Below, piece by piece: positions 28,646 to 38,170 of a stretch of DNA of 64,000 bases (position 1 is its first letter; each line of letters begins with the position of its first letter). Location: positions 9,127-73,126 of the forward strand of contig LCIL01000002.1 of NCBI GenBank assembly GCA_001001045.1, read 5' to 3'. The notes beneath the pieces were generated by a model. It did no database searches, was not told where the DNA came from, and worked only from the letters and a program-made list of their open reading frames with translations. The position numbers and the translations under genes were made by a program. Source of the DNA: Candidatus Woesebacteria bacterium GW2011_GWA1_44_23. Its GTDB lineage: Bacteria > Patescibacteriota > Microgenomatia > UBA8517.

Positions 28646-29509
28646 ATGACACAAGAGCCGATCAAAAACCTGTTCCCCAAGTTCATCGAATCCCTTAAGG
28701 CAAAGGGGCGTTCTCCTGCTACCGTTCTCGCCTATAGAAGCGACCTAGAACAGCTCGTGGAGTTCCTGATTAAAAGGCAGAGAGTTCTTCCGGAGCAGGT
28801 TCGTCCTGATGACCTTGATTCCTTCCGCGACACTCTGCTGGCCGACAAATACACCCCAAAGTCGGTAAGTAGAAAGCTAAACGCCGTTAAAACATTCTTT
28901 AGGTGGATGATTGCTGAAAATATCATTACTTCCGACGTTTCAGCCTCAGTTGCCCACCCTAAAATTGAAAATACCCTTCCCAAGTTCCTTTCTCAGATGG
29001 AATATAGAGCCCTGAGAGATGTAGTCAGAAGTGATATCAGAATCGCCGCAATAATCGAGCTTATCCTACAAACCGGGCTTAGGATTTCTGAAGTTGCCGG
29101 TCTTAAAACTGCTAATGTGAGTAAGGATTCCTTAAAAATTGAAGCCTATGCCACTCAGCCGGAGAGGAATGTTCCTCTCAATAAACCGGCCGCGGACGTT
29201 TTAGCCTCATATATGACAATCAGGCCTAAAGCCGACTCCCCTTATGTATTTATCAGTAAAAACGGCAAGCCCTTGGCAGTCAGAAATATCAGGGCTTCTA
29301 TCGCAAGATATATCCAAAAAGCGGAACTTCCCAACTATTCGGTAAACGATCTTAGGACCACATTCATTGTTGAAAATTTGAAAGCCGAAGTTGATATTGT
29401 TCTTCTTTCCCAGGTGTCGGGCCACAAGCGCCTCTCTACAACCGAAAGGTACTTAGAGCTTGCCCAAATAACCGAGCCCGGCAAAAAGCAGACCCTCATA
29501 GAGTTGTAA
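28646..29509 (+). CDS. XerC/XerD-like tyrosine recombinase
   Basis: SPATVLAYRSDL SAM-like domain, TGLRISE, NDLRTTF, GH...TTERY. Confidence 0.88.
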   Translation: MTQEPIKNLFPKFIESLKAKGRSPATVLAYRSDLEQLVEFLIKRQRVLPEQVRPDDLDSFRDTLLADKYTPKSVSRKLNAVKTFFRWMIAENIITSDVSASVAHPKIENTLPKFLSQMEYRALRDVVRSDIRIAAIIELILQTGLRISEVAGLKTANVSKDSLKIEAYATQPERNVPLNKPAADVLASYMTIRPKADSPYVFISKNGKPLAVRNIRASIARYIQKAELPNYSVNDLRTTFIVENLKAEVDIVLLSQVSGHKRLSTTERYLELAQITEPGKKQTLIEL

Positions 29510-29547
29510 AAAGCTTCTTTGCTATAATACGTCGTAGCTAACTGATT

Positions 29548-29618
29548 GGGCTTGTCGTTTAATGGTAGGACACGACTCTTATAAAGTCGATGCCATGGTT
29601 CGATTCCATGCGAGCCCA
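29548..29618 (+). tRNA. tRNA-Ile (TAT anticodon)
   Basis: GGGCTTG/CGAGCCC-A acceptor, CGACT-CTTATAA-AGTCG anticodon arm, CATGG-TTCGATT-CCATG T arm; TGcTATAAT promoter upstream. Confidence 0.9.
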
Positions 29619-29629
29619 CAAATTTGAAG

Positions 29630-30475
29630 TTACTTTTTCTTTTTGAAGGCCTGAGGCATTGCCTCCCAGTCTCTATTTTTCCTGATTTTAAGGTTTTTCT
29701 TCCAAACCGCATCAAGCGCGGATACATCAACTCCCAAATCTTTGGAAAGGCCAAGTATTCCCACCATATCCTTTGGGAAACACGCTCCCCCAAATCCTCT
29801 ATCTCCATCCGGTCCGGGTACTCCCAGGTGTCTGCCTATCCTTGGATCTGCCTCAACCGCTGCCCGAACATCTAAATAATTGGCTCCAACTTTCTGGGCA
29901 ATATCATAAAACTCATTTGCCAGGAGGACCTTCGAAGCCAGGATGAGATTGCTCATATACTTGATAAGTTCGGCGCTCGTTGAGCTAACGATGTAATAAG
30001 GCTGGTCTTTAGGAAGAATGGTTTCGTAGAGTTTCCGTACTCTAAAACCCACATCGGAATTGTCGCAACCAATCACCGTCCGAAATGGTGTAAGAAAATC
30101 CGCATTCGCGTTTTCCTGGGTTAAAAATTCGGGGTTCATTACAAAATTAACCCCGGGAAATTTTGCCGACATTCTTTTCGTAGTTCCGGGAAGAGACGTC
30201 GATTTGATGATTAAAATTTTGTCCGTTCCCGAGATTTTTGGAGCCACTTGTCCAACCACCTCTTCAACAATACTCATATCCATTCCGGAGTAATCCTCAA
30301 AAATCGGTGTGGGAACTGCGATAAAAATAAAATCGCCCTCATCGATCACTTCGTCAAGAGTATTTGGACTTTCTTTAAATTTGTCAAACCAGAAGATTTT
30401 ATTTTCGGGGTTATCCGCGAATCCCTCCCCCGTTGCCCGCCCCACATACCCGTAGCCTATCACTCCGATATTCAT
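29630..30475 (-). CDS. UDP-glucose/GDP-mannose dehydrogenase family protein (short form)
   Basis: GYGYVG, VPTP, KST, NPEFL, AELIKY, GFGGACFPKD; ends before the C-terminal UDP-binding domain. Confidence 0.85.
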   Translation of the reverse strand: MNIGVIGYGYVGRATGEGFADNPENKIFWFDKFKESPNTLDEVIDEGDFIFIAVPTPIFEDYSGMDMSIVEEVVGQVAPKISGTDKILIIKSTSLPGTTKRMSAKFPGVNFVMNPEFLTQENANADFLTPFRTVIGCDNSDVGFRVRKLYETILPKDQPYYIVSSTSAELIKYMSNLILASKVLLANEFYDIAQKVGANYLDVRAAVEADPRIGRHLGVPGPDGDRGFGGACFPKDMVGILGLSKDLGVDVSALDAVWKKNLKIRKNRDWEAMPQAFKKKK

Positions 30476-30488
30476 AGTTTGAAGAATA

Positions 30489-32822
30489 TCAGAGCTTTGC
30501 CCTCCTTGCAATCTCCGCCTCAACTAGTTTTTCGTCCCGCCCATACTTAAGTCTGCTCATTTCTTTAATAATTTCAGCAATTCTCGGGGACTCCATGGCC
30601 TTAATTTTGCTTAAGTCTTTGGTCGTATCAAGGGAAAACGGAGGAACCGGTTCATTATTTACAATCGTTTTAACGTAGGCATGATACCTTTCGACATTTA
30701 GTAAATCGTCTTCGCCAAAAACTGGAGTAAATTCGTGGGCAAGATAACCTGCGTCACTGACCCCTACTCTATAAGCAACAATCGTTCCGACATTTCCAAA
30801 TACGGCGTTTTTGACTTCTTCTTCAACCTGTCCTATAAACTGATTCGCGACACAAAGTCCCAGGCGGTATTTTCTGGCCTCGCTTAAAATTACGGCAAAG
30901 TCGGGCGTAGCAAAGTTCTGAAACTCATCGACATAGAAGTAAAAATCACGCCTTTTATCCATGTCCACATCTACCCTGCTCATAGCGGCCATCAAAACAC
31001 GGGGAACGAGTATCAATCCCAAAAAGTTGCTGTTTTCCTCTCCCAGGCTTCCTTTTGCCAGGTTGATAAGCAAAATCTTGCCTTCGTCCATAACACGCCT
31101 TAAATCAAATGAGCTTTGGGACTGTCCGATGATGTTTCTGATAAGTTTATTTGTAACAAACCGCCCAAATTTTGAAGTAATGTAATCCAATACCTCAGAC
31201 TTGTGGAAGTCTGACGTCTGGGCGATTTGATCTGTCCAATATCTTCTGATAATCGGGTCCTGCACCTTTGGCAAAAGCTCCTGGACAAATCTGGCATCGG
31301 TCAAAATTCTCATAATTTCCACGAATGTGCTTCCCGGTTCATACATTGCGGTAAGCATCGCGTTTCTGACCGCATGTTCAAAACGGGGTCCCACTATTCC
31401 GGTTTTATACGGATCAAAAAGTTTGTACATCATGTTAATTACTGCCGTGGCGGCAAAATGTTTTTCATCTTCAGTCTTAGCCTCAAGAAGATTAAGCCCC
31501 AAAGGGCGTTCCGTGTCACTGGGGTTAAAGTAAATTACATCTTCAGCGCGTTCCGGAGGGATAAGTTTCAGGATATCTTCAATGGCGTCTCCATGGGGAT
31601 CCATAAAGCAAAGTCCTTTCCCTTCCCTTATATCTTGCAGGATCAAACCTTTAAGAAATTCAGATTTTCCGGTTCCGGTTTTTCCAATAACATAAACGTG
31701 TCTCATGCGGTCTTCGTTGCCGATATAAACCTGTCTTTTAATTCCCCTATAGGCGCTAAGTCCCAGATAAAGCCCTTCGGAAGGAATTTGACTCGGGGCG
31801 GGGGCGGTCTTTGAATTCAGCCAAAAAAGATGCGGCGTTGTGATTTGCTTATTGGGAAAATGAAAAATGGTTGCCAACTCTTCAGAATTCAGGATCGAGA
31901 CGTGATTGCCAAAAATGTTAAACATCGGTTGATACCTGTAAAGGAAATCTTCCATAAAAGACGCTTTGTTATAAACTTTGCGGCTTTTTAGATTATTCAG
32001 TTCCCCCGCAAATTGAGCCAGAGAGCTGCCAATGTTAGCTACGTGACTTTTTGCAGACTCTTCGTTCTCTGATACGGCAATGACGCGGATTGAGGTTTCA
32101 AATCCGGGTTTACTTATTTTCGCTTCAATGGCCTCCAGGGTTTTTGCTGAAGTAGAAAACTTTGCTTTTTCCGGATCGCTCTCCTGCTTTTTGATGTCTC
32201 CGATAAATCTGCTCCCTTGTTTTTGCCAGTCGCTTTCTGCAGGAGAAATCAGAATTTGTATTACGGCCGCCTCACCTTGACCCATTTTGGCAAGAGCCGA
32301 GGTAATACCAAGCATTGGATCGGTCGCCAAATCCTTAAAGGTTTTAAGCGGGTAAAAATTACTTTTCCCTAGTTGAAAAGACTTGTAAGCAACACGCCCT
32401 TCGCCATTGAAAACGTTGTACTCGTCTACTTCGATAATTTCCGCATCCGCATAAGCACCGTTTATTTGTTTTTCTATCAGGTCCTTAATTTTTTTTGGCG
32501 CCCAAACGTAAAATCGTATATCTTCCTGTTTGGCAACTATCTCAAAAGAAATTGTCGGTTGGATAGATAATTTTTGCTTCCATCCTCCTTTTTTCATTGA
32601 ATAAAGTGAGGAAAAGAGCTGCTCCATAACGTCTATTTTTGTTTCGTTGTTTCTGGGAACCGCCACCTGGAGGAGAACCGAGTCGATCGAACTTGCTTCT
32701 CTACCCCGATTCCTGAAGTAAATAAAAACGGCATAGCCCAAAGCAACAAGCAAAAAAATCGATATGGCTATTAAAACCGCTGCGACTATTATGCCGGTAA
32801 AATTAAACGAATCAAACAACAT
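30489..32822 (-). CDS. VirD4/TraD-like coupling ATPase (HerA/FtsK superfamily)
   Basis: N-terminal TM, RHVYVIGKTGTGKS, DPHGD, YVDEFQNF, LSEARKY, ANQF. Confidence 0.85.
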   Translation of the reverse strand: MLFDSFNFTGIIVAAVLIAISIFLLVALGYAVFIYFRNRGREASSIDSVLLQVAVPRNNETKIDVMEQLFSSLYSMKKGGWKQKLSIQPTISFEIVAKQEDIRFYVWAPKKIKDLIEKQINGAYADAEIIEVDEYNVFNGEGRVAYKSFQLGKSNFYPLKTFKDLATDPMLGITSALAKMGQGEAAVIQILISPAESDWQKQGSRFIGDIKKQESDPEKAKFSTSAKTLEAIEAKISKPGFETSIRVIAVSENEESAKSHVANIGSSLAQFAGELNNLKSRKVYNKASFMEDFLYRYQPMFNIFGNHVSILNSEELATIFHFPNKQITTPHLFWLNSKTAPAPSQIPSEGLYLGLSAYRGIKRQVYIGNEDRMRHVYVIGKTGTGKSEFLKGLILQDIREGKGLCFMDPHGDAIEDILKLIPPERAEDVIYFNPSDTERPLGLNLLEAKTEDEKHFAATAVINMMYKLFDPYKTGIVGPRFEHAVRNAMLTAMYEPGSTFVEIMRILTDARFVQELLPKVQDPIIRRYWTDQIAQTSDFHKSEVLDYITSKFGRFVTNKLIRNIIGQSQSSFDLRRVMDEGKILLINLAKGSLGEENSNFLGLILVPRVLMAAMSRVDVDMDKRRDFYFYVDEFQNFATPDFAVILSEARKYRLGLCVANQFIGQVEEEVKNAVFGNVGTIVAYRVGVSDAGYLAHEFTPVFGEDDLLNVERYHAYVKTIVNNEPVPPFSLDTTKDLSKIKAMESPRIAEIIKEMSRLKYGRDEKLVEAEIARRAKL

Positions 32823-32826
32823 ATTC

Positions 32827-33156
32827 TTAAGTCTTTCCCAATATCCGCCAACCAAAATACACCGCTCTTTTTATAACCCTGATCCAAAACATTCCCAGCC
32901 AGGTCAGGGACGACTCAATCGACCCTTTTGACCAGGTCGTAAGAGTTTTTGCGTCAGCCGGAGGCTGGACTGTAATCACCTGACTCGGAGGAGTCTGAAT
33001 TAAGGGTTGCCCTTTATCCCCTTTTACCTGCGCCGTAAAGTTTTTTTGGACCACCTTAACTCCTGACAGGCTTAGAGTTTCTGGAACAATAAACTCAGCC
33101 TCTTTAATTTCCTCTACCTGAGGTTCAGGCCCTGGAATTTCGGGTGTAGACGCCAT
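32827..33156 (-). CDS. Hypothetical protein co-transcribed with the VirD4-like ATPase
   Basis: 4 bp from the next start; TACAAT 8 nt upstream of ATG. Confidence 0.65.
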   Translation of the reverse strand: MASTPEIPGPEPQVEEIKEAEFIVPETLSLSGVKVVQKNFTAQVKGDKGQPLIQTPPSQVITVQPPADAKTLTTWSKGSIESSLTWLGMFWIRVIKRAVYFGWRILGKT

Positions 33157-33180
33157 ATACAGCCATTGTATATCAGTTAA

Positions 33181-33717
33181 CTACCTGCTCCAAGCCTCTT
33201 CTTTCATTCCCTCCTTGAAGTTTGAATACCTTGCCAAAGTATAAACGTAATCGGAAAGTCTGTTAAGATAAATCAATATTTCGGCGGGAACCTTTTCCTT
33301 CTTCGAAAGTCCGACCGCTCTTCTTTCGGCACGTCTAATAAAAGTTCTGGCTAAAAAAAGAAAGCTTCCCGCTTGTCCTCCCCCCGGAAGAATAAAGTGT
33401 GTTAATTTTGTTAGCCGTTTATCCATTTCGCCAATATCCTTTTCCATCTTTTGAGGTAGTTGCCTATCCAACTTGATTTTTGCCCCCGCCAAAACCGCCC
33501 CCACTTCAAAGAGATGTTTTTGAGTATCAGTTATTTTTTTTCTTAATTTTTTGTCTTTGATGAAGGAGGCGGCCAAACCAAGAGAAGTATTTGCTTCATC
33601 GATTGAACCGATTGACTCAATTCTCAAAGAAGACTTACTTACCCGAATTTTTTTTGACCTATTGGGGGAAAAAAGCCCTGTTTCCCCCTTGTCACCCGTT
33701 TTTGTAACAATGGACAT
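33181..33717 (-). CDS. pduO: ATP:cob(I)alamin adenosyltransferase, PduO type
   Basis: TKTGDKGETGL, GSIDEAN, FILPGG, RRAERR, YLNRLSD. Confidence 0.92.
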   Translation of the reverse strand: MSIVTKTGDKGETGLFSPNRSKKIRVSKSSLRIESIGSIDEANTSLGLAASFIKDKKLRKKITDTQKHLFEVGAVLAGAKIKLDRQLPQKMEKDIGEMDKRLTKLTHFILPGGGQAGSFLFLARTFIRRAERRAVGLSKKEKVPAEILIYLNRLSDYVYTLARYSNFKEGMKEEAWSR

Positions 33718-33728
33718 TTGGCTCCATT

Positions 33729-36185
33729 TTAACACTCTGAGTGCCCGCACGCATGACACTTGGCACAGCCCTCTTCGTAAACCAGAGCCGGGCTGCCGCA
33801 GGAAGGGCAGATGTCACCAACCTTTTCCGTTTCTGCTTCTACCGGAGTTTCTTCAATATGAACTTGTAGAGGTACTTGGTGGTCTCCATTGCCTACAAAT
33901 CCAAAGTGGAGAGAAAGTGCCTTGGCGACTGCATCCGGCAAGGATCTTATTTTATTAGGACCGAATCCTACCGAACGACTTCCCCCGATGCCCCTCAATT
34001 GTTCGACTATCTCCCTCGCCCGCTCACGGGGAGGAAGATGATTGCCGAACCTAAGTGTCGTTGAAATCATTCGCCCAAGTGCCTCCGCCATTGCCGCAAC
34101 CTCGCTCCCCGCCTTTCCGATTGTAATAAAAACTTCAAAAGGGTTTCCGCCGGGATCCTGGTTAACTGTGATGAAAGCACTTCCCAGAGGTGTAGCAATT
34201 TTATAGGTAGCTCCATCTACCCTGATGGGTCTTTCTTGAATCAGTTGGGTCTGCACCGGAGAATCACTTGTCTTTGTTTTCTCGCTTACCCCAAGGTTTA
34301 ATACCTGGGCACTCTTACTCCCATCCCTGAAAATCGTAATTCCTTTGCAATTCGTCTCCCAAGCCAAAAGATATGCTTTTTTAACATCGTCGACTGTCGC
34401 ATCATGCCTGAGATTAATGGTTTTACTTACCGCATTCTCCGTATGTTTCTGGAAAACCGACTGCGTCTTGATATGCCATTCGATATCCACCTCGTGAGCC
34501 GTGCCAAAAACCTTCCTGACATCTTCCGGAATTTCTTCTATGTCACGGATAACTCCTTTTTCGGCAACCTTTGCCATGAGAGCGTCAGACCAAAAACCTC
34601 TCGATCGGGCAACTTTCTCAAATTCCGGATTTATAAACGACATTTTTCTATCAAGGTGTTTATCTTTGACAATGTGTTGGTATGCGATTGCAAACATAGG
34701 CTCTATTCCGCTACTTGCCCCGGCAATTATTGAAATTGTGCCCGTGGGAGCGATTGTAGTGACAGTCGAATTCCTTCTGGGAGCTTCTTCCCTGTATATA
34801 GATACCGGCCAGAGAAGAAAAGGTCCCCGTACTTTTGCCAAATTTCTTGATTCCTCTACGGCTTCTTTTTGAATGGTCTTCATAATTTTTTCACCAAGTC
34901 CCATTGCTTCATCGCTGTCATAAGGAATCCCGAGACTTACTAGCATATCTGCCCATCCCCCCACTCCCAGACCAATGCGTCTGCTATTAAAAACGGTTTT
35001 CCGAATCTGGGACAGCGGATAGGGATTGACCTCTATTACATCATCCAAAAACCTAACCGCCTGATGGGTTACTTTCTTGAGTTTTGCCCAATCAACATCT
35101 TTTTTGCCGTTAACCTCCTTGACGAAGTAGGTCAGGAAAATGCTTCCGAGGTTGCATGCGTCAAAAGGATAAAGGGGCTGCTCACCGCATGGGTTGGTAG
35201 ATTCAATGGGACCTAAGGCGGGAACCGGGTTGGCAGTACTTGCATTAATCCTGTCTATAAAAATAAGTCCGGGGTCGCCCGTCCCCCAGGCCCCGTCGGC
35301 GATTTCATCAAAGACTTTTCTAGCCGAAAGTACTCCCGTAACCTGCTTTGTTTTGGGACTAATGAGTTCATAGTCCGCGTCTTTATAATAAGCATCAATA
35401 AATTTGTCAGTAACGGCAACAGAAATATTAAAATTGGTTATGCCACCTTCCTCCTTACAATGGATAAACTCCAAAATATCGGGATGATCTACGCGTATTA
35501 TCCCCATATTCGCTCCTCTTCTTTTGCCCCCCTGTTTAACTTCATTGGTCGCCGCATCAAAAATCCTCATGAACGATACCGGACCCGAAGCGGTACCCGA
35601 AGAAGTTTTGACTATGGACCCATTCGGTCTAAGCCTGGTGAAAGAAAATCCTGTCCCGCCTCCGGTTTTATGGATTATCGCCTGATATTTTAGGGCGTCA
35701 AAAATTCCCTCCATGGAATCCTCAACCGGTAAAACAAAGCAGGCGGAATACTGAAGTCCGTTGCCAGTACCCGCATTCATCAGGGTTGGCGAATTGGGCA
35801 AGAACTCTCTGGAAATCATAAGTTCGTAAAACTCCCTGGCACGGACCTCCACCTCTTTCCTCTTGGCTCCCCATCGTCCTTCCGCTGAGGCAATCTCCCA
35901 GGAAACCCTCCAAACCATTTCTTCAGGAGTCTCAATGGCTTCCAAATTGTCATTCTTGACGAGGTATCTTTCATCAAGAACTTTGAGGGCCTGTTCGGTC
36001 CACTGTCCTTTCGATAGGTTTGTGTCTATTTCGGGTCTCCCTCCTACCTTTTTCTTTATCTCGGTCATTATTTCTTCATAGGAAGGAGCAATCAGATCAT
36101 TCATCAATATCCTGGTTTCGCCGTTTTTGTATACGAATTTCCTTTTTCTTGTTCTAGCAGATTTTTTTGTAGTTTGTAGTTCCAT
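33729..36185 (-). CDS. nrdJ: Class II adenosylcobalamin-dependent ribonucleotide reductase
   Basis: PNSPTLMNAG, SACFVL, TNPCGEQ, ACNLGS, IAPTGTIS, C-terminal TSCPD-like domain and CPSC...CHAC; adjacent pduO and no beta subunit gene. Confidence 0.93.
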   Translation of the reverse strand: MELQTTKKSARTRKRKFVYKNGETRILMNDLIAPSYEEIMTEIKKKVGGRPEIDTNLSKGQWTEQALKVLDERYLVKNDNLEAIETPEEMVWRVSWEIASAEGRWGAKRKEVEVRAREFYELMISREFLPNSPTLMNAGTGNGLQYSACFVLPVEDSMEGIFDALKYQAIIHKTGGGTGFSFTRLRPNGSIVKTSSGTASGPVSFMRIFDAATNEVKQGGKRRGANMGIIRVDHPDILEFIHCKEEGGITNFNISVAVTDKFIDAYYKDADYELISPKTKQVTGVLSARKVFDEIADGAWGTGDPGLIFIDRINASTANPVPALGPIESTNPCGEQPLYPFDACNLGSIFLTYFVKEVNGKKDVDWAKLKKVTHQAVRFLDDVIEVNPYPLSQIRKTVFNSRRIGLGVGGWADMLVSLGIPYDSDEAMGLGEKIMKTIQKEAVEESRNLAKVRGPFLLWPVSIYREEAPRRNSTVTTIAPTGTISIIAGASSGIEPMFAIAYQHIVKDKHLDRKMSFINPEFEKVARSRGFWSDALMAKVAEKGVIRDIEEIPEDVRKVFGTAHEVDIEWHIKTQSVFQKHTENAVSKTINLRHDATVDDVKKAYLLAWETNCKGITIFRDGSKSAQVLNLGVSEKTKTSDSPVQTQLIQERPIRVDGATYKIATPLGSAFITVNQDPGGNPFEVFITIGKAGSEVAAMAEALGRMISTTLRFGNHLPPRERAREIVEQLRGIGGSRSVGFGPNKIRSLPDAVAKALSLHFGFVGNGDHQVPLQVHIEETPVEAETEKVGDICPSCGSPALVYEEGCAKCHACGHSEC

Positions 36186-36186
36186 A

Positions 36187-36621
36187 TTAGATTAATTTCT
36201 CAAAGTCGCTTAAGTCTTCAAATTCCAGATAAACACTTGCAAACCTGAGCCAGGCCACTTTATCAATTTTCTTCAACCTTTTAAGTACAGCGTTTCCGAT
36301 AACGCGGGTCGGTATTTCCTGCTTATCACTTCTCAACATCTCCATTTCAACAGCGTCGGTGATGTCGTCAACCAGATCTAGTGAAACCGGACGTTTCTCG
36401 ATAGCTCTAAGTATTCCCCTTTTCACCTTCTCCTTGTCAAACACCTCGCGTCTGCCGTCCTTCTTGATCACCCAAAGAAAACTTCTTTTAACCTCCTCTA
36501 TCGTAGTAAAACGCTTATCGCACTTTCCGCATTCTCTGCGCCTCCTGATTGAAACTCCGTCATTTACGGTTCTGCTTTCTAGAACACTTACGTTAGCAGC
36601 GCCGCAAAAAGGACATTTCAT
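36187..36621 (-). CDS. nrdR: Transcriptional repressor NrdR
   Basis: MKCPFC, RRRRECGKC.KRFTT, ATP cone, RFASVY. Confidence 0.96.
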   Translation of the reverse strand: MKCPFCGAANVSVLESRTVNDGVSIRRRRECGKCDKRFTTIEEVKRSFLWVIKKDGRREVFDKEKVKRGILRAIEKRPVSLDLVDDITDAVEMEMLRSDKQEIPTRVIGNAVLKRLKKIDKVAWLRFASVYLEFEDLSDFEKLI

Positions 36622-36646
36622 ATTGTTTCACGAATGTAAAATAAAA

Positions 36647-36694
36647 ACTCTACAACTAGTGATGACAATGATTGTCAAACACTACCTCTGGTCT
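36647..36694. promoter_or_regulatory. Tandem NrdR boxes
   Basis: ACTCTACAACTAGTGA (36647-36662) and ACACTACCTCTGGTCT (36679-36694), 32 bp start-to-start, resembling acaCwAtATaTwGtgt and overlapping minus-strand TTGACA boxes. Confidence 0.7.
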
Positions 36695-36845
36695 GTCAAC
36701 TAGTAAGTTTTTATACAAAATATATCACCTTACGCACGCGGCGTGCTTGAAATTTTAATAATTCCTGTAGTTTTTGCGGTAATCGAAAAACGCTAAATTG
36801 AAGAGGTACCGAAACAAGCACAAAAAAGTGCAACAATTTATTCAA

Positions 36846-37472
36846 TTAATCCCCATTAAACGGATCAATTGGAGCAGGCAATCCCCTGGAGTTTAAAGCC
36901 TCTTTCGCGGCTTTGTAGGAGTTTTTTGAGTAATCTTCAGTTTTTATTACAAACGGTTTACCGTCATCCGGTACCAAAGGTATCAAACCCATTATCATTT
37001 GTCTATGTTTAAGGGACGCCACGGCCAGTCTTTCCAAAAAAGTCGAAGTGTCATATCCTTGCGATCTGGCGATTGCCTCCTGGGCGACGGCAACTTCCAA
37101 ATATTTTTCCCCTTTGGCTAAAGTGGAAATCGCAATATCGGGCTTCTTTTTTTCAAAAAGAGTTTGAGCGGATACAAGCCTTTTGTCAGAAAACAAAAGT
37201 GCTAATTCTGCCTTTTTGAGAGGTGATGATGTGATCAAATACCAAAGCTTATCCCTTGCGGCCTTAAAAACCCAAAGGGGGTTATCAGGTAAAACCTTCC
37301 CTTGATAGGGCATTTGATAGTTAATCTCGGGGGCTTCGGCTCCTAAAACGGAAGGCTGGGAGATCTGGGCTGTAAATGAATAATAGATTGATGTTGATTG
37401 CAAAATCGAAATGGAAAGAATGGCAAAAGCAAAGACAGAAACGGACAAATTGAGTAAAATCTTTTTCAGCAT
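36846..37472 (-). CDS. DUF5667-like helical exported protein
   Basis: N-terminal TM, LPDNPLWVFK..RD...KAEL.L..SDKRL. Confidence 0.7.
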   Translation of the reverse strand: MLKKILLNLSVSVFAFAILSISILQSTSIYYSFTAQISQPSVLGAEAPEINYQMPYQGKVLPDNPLWVFKAARDKLWYLITSSPLKKAELALLFSDKRLVSAQTLFEKKKPDIAISTLAKGEKYLEVAVAQEAIARSQGYDTSTFLERLAVASLKHRQMIMGLIPLVPDDGKPFVIKTEDYSKNSYKAAKEALNSRGLPAPIDPFNGD

Positions 37473-37514
37473 CGGGTAAGTACTATGGTAATTCCGCACT
37501 CAAATGAAGTCAAG

Positions 37515-38162
37515 TCAACGAAAAAGGATTATCGGCCACTCCCAAAGGACGTGCAGCAAGACCGGCCCTGTGATATTTTTGGTTCTGCCGAAAATAAATG
37601 CTGAGCCCATCCCAAAAACTGCTGTTAGGAAAAGGTAAATTATTCCCTGCGGTAGCGTATAATCCCAGACAAAGAAGGCTATAGGGATATGAATCGCCGT
37701 CCAAAGAAGGGTTTGGATGATGTTGGCACTCAACTCGCTTTTTAGGGAAAGCAAAAGTCTACTAAAAATATATCCTCTGAATGCGGTCTCTTCTGAAAAT
37801 GCCGTAATGAAAGAAAGTCCAAGGGAAATCATAAAAGGGGTGCTTCCTAAATTAGCTCCAAAATTAAACCCTCCGTATTTTAGAAAGTTGGTTAGAAGCC
37901 CTTCGCCAACGAAAATTAATCCCAAACCGAGCGAAAGGTAAATTGCGGGAAACAGGTTCTTTAGTGTGATCCCCAACGAAGAAATGCCAAATCCCTCTTT
38001 TCTGAGGAACCAGAAAAGGGGCGTAAGCCACAGAATAGGTTTAACAACGAGCTCTTCTACCTGGTCAGGCAACTGAAAAAGGAAGCGGTAAAACGCCCAA
38101 ATCAAAATAAGATAAACGGAGTAAATGGTGACATTTTTTACTAACGTAGTTTTGGCTACCAT
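37515..38162 (-). CDS. CPBP (CAAX/Abi) intramembrane metalloprotease
   Basis: SEETAFRG, W..IH, LLHVLWE. Confidence 0.88.
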   Translation of the reverse strand: MVAKTTLVKNVTIYSVYLILIWAFYRFLFQLPDQVEELVVKPILWLTPLFWFLRKEGFGISSLGITLKNLFPAIYLSLGLGLIFVGEGLLTNFLKYGGFNFGANLGSTPFMISLGLSFITAFSEETAFRGYIFSRLLLSLKSELSANIIQTLLWTAIHIPIAFFVWDYTLPQGIIYLFLTAVFGMGSAFIFGRTKNITGPVLLHVLWEWPIILFR

Positions 38163-38170
38163 TTTCTTTA

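Noticed and set aside
28646-29618. Tyrosine recombinase next to a tRNA as a prophage or integrative element
   Set aside because: No duplicated tRNA 3' end (att site) seen, no phage or cargo genes, and the flanks are housekeeping; the protein is Xer-sized
30489-32822. Conjugative element
   Set aside because: No relaxase, oriT, VirB genes or element boundaries in the window
33729-36185. Intein or intron in nrdJ
   Set aside because: Catalytic motifs are contiguous and the length is ordinary; no splicing motifs seen
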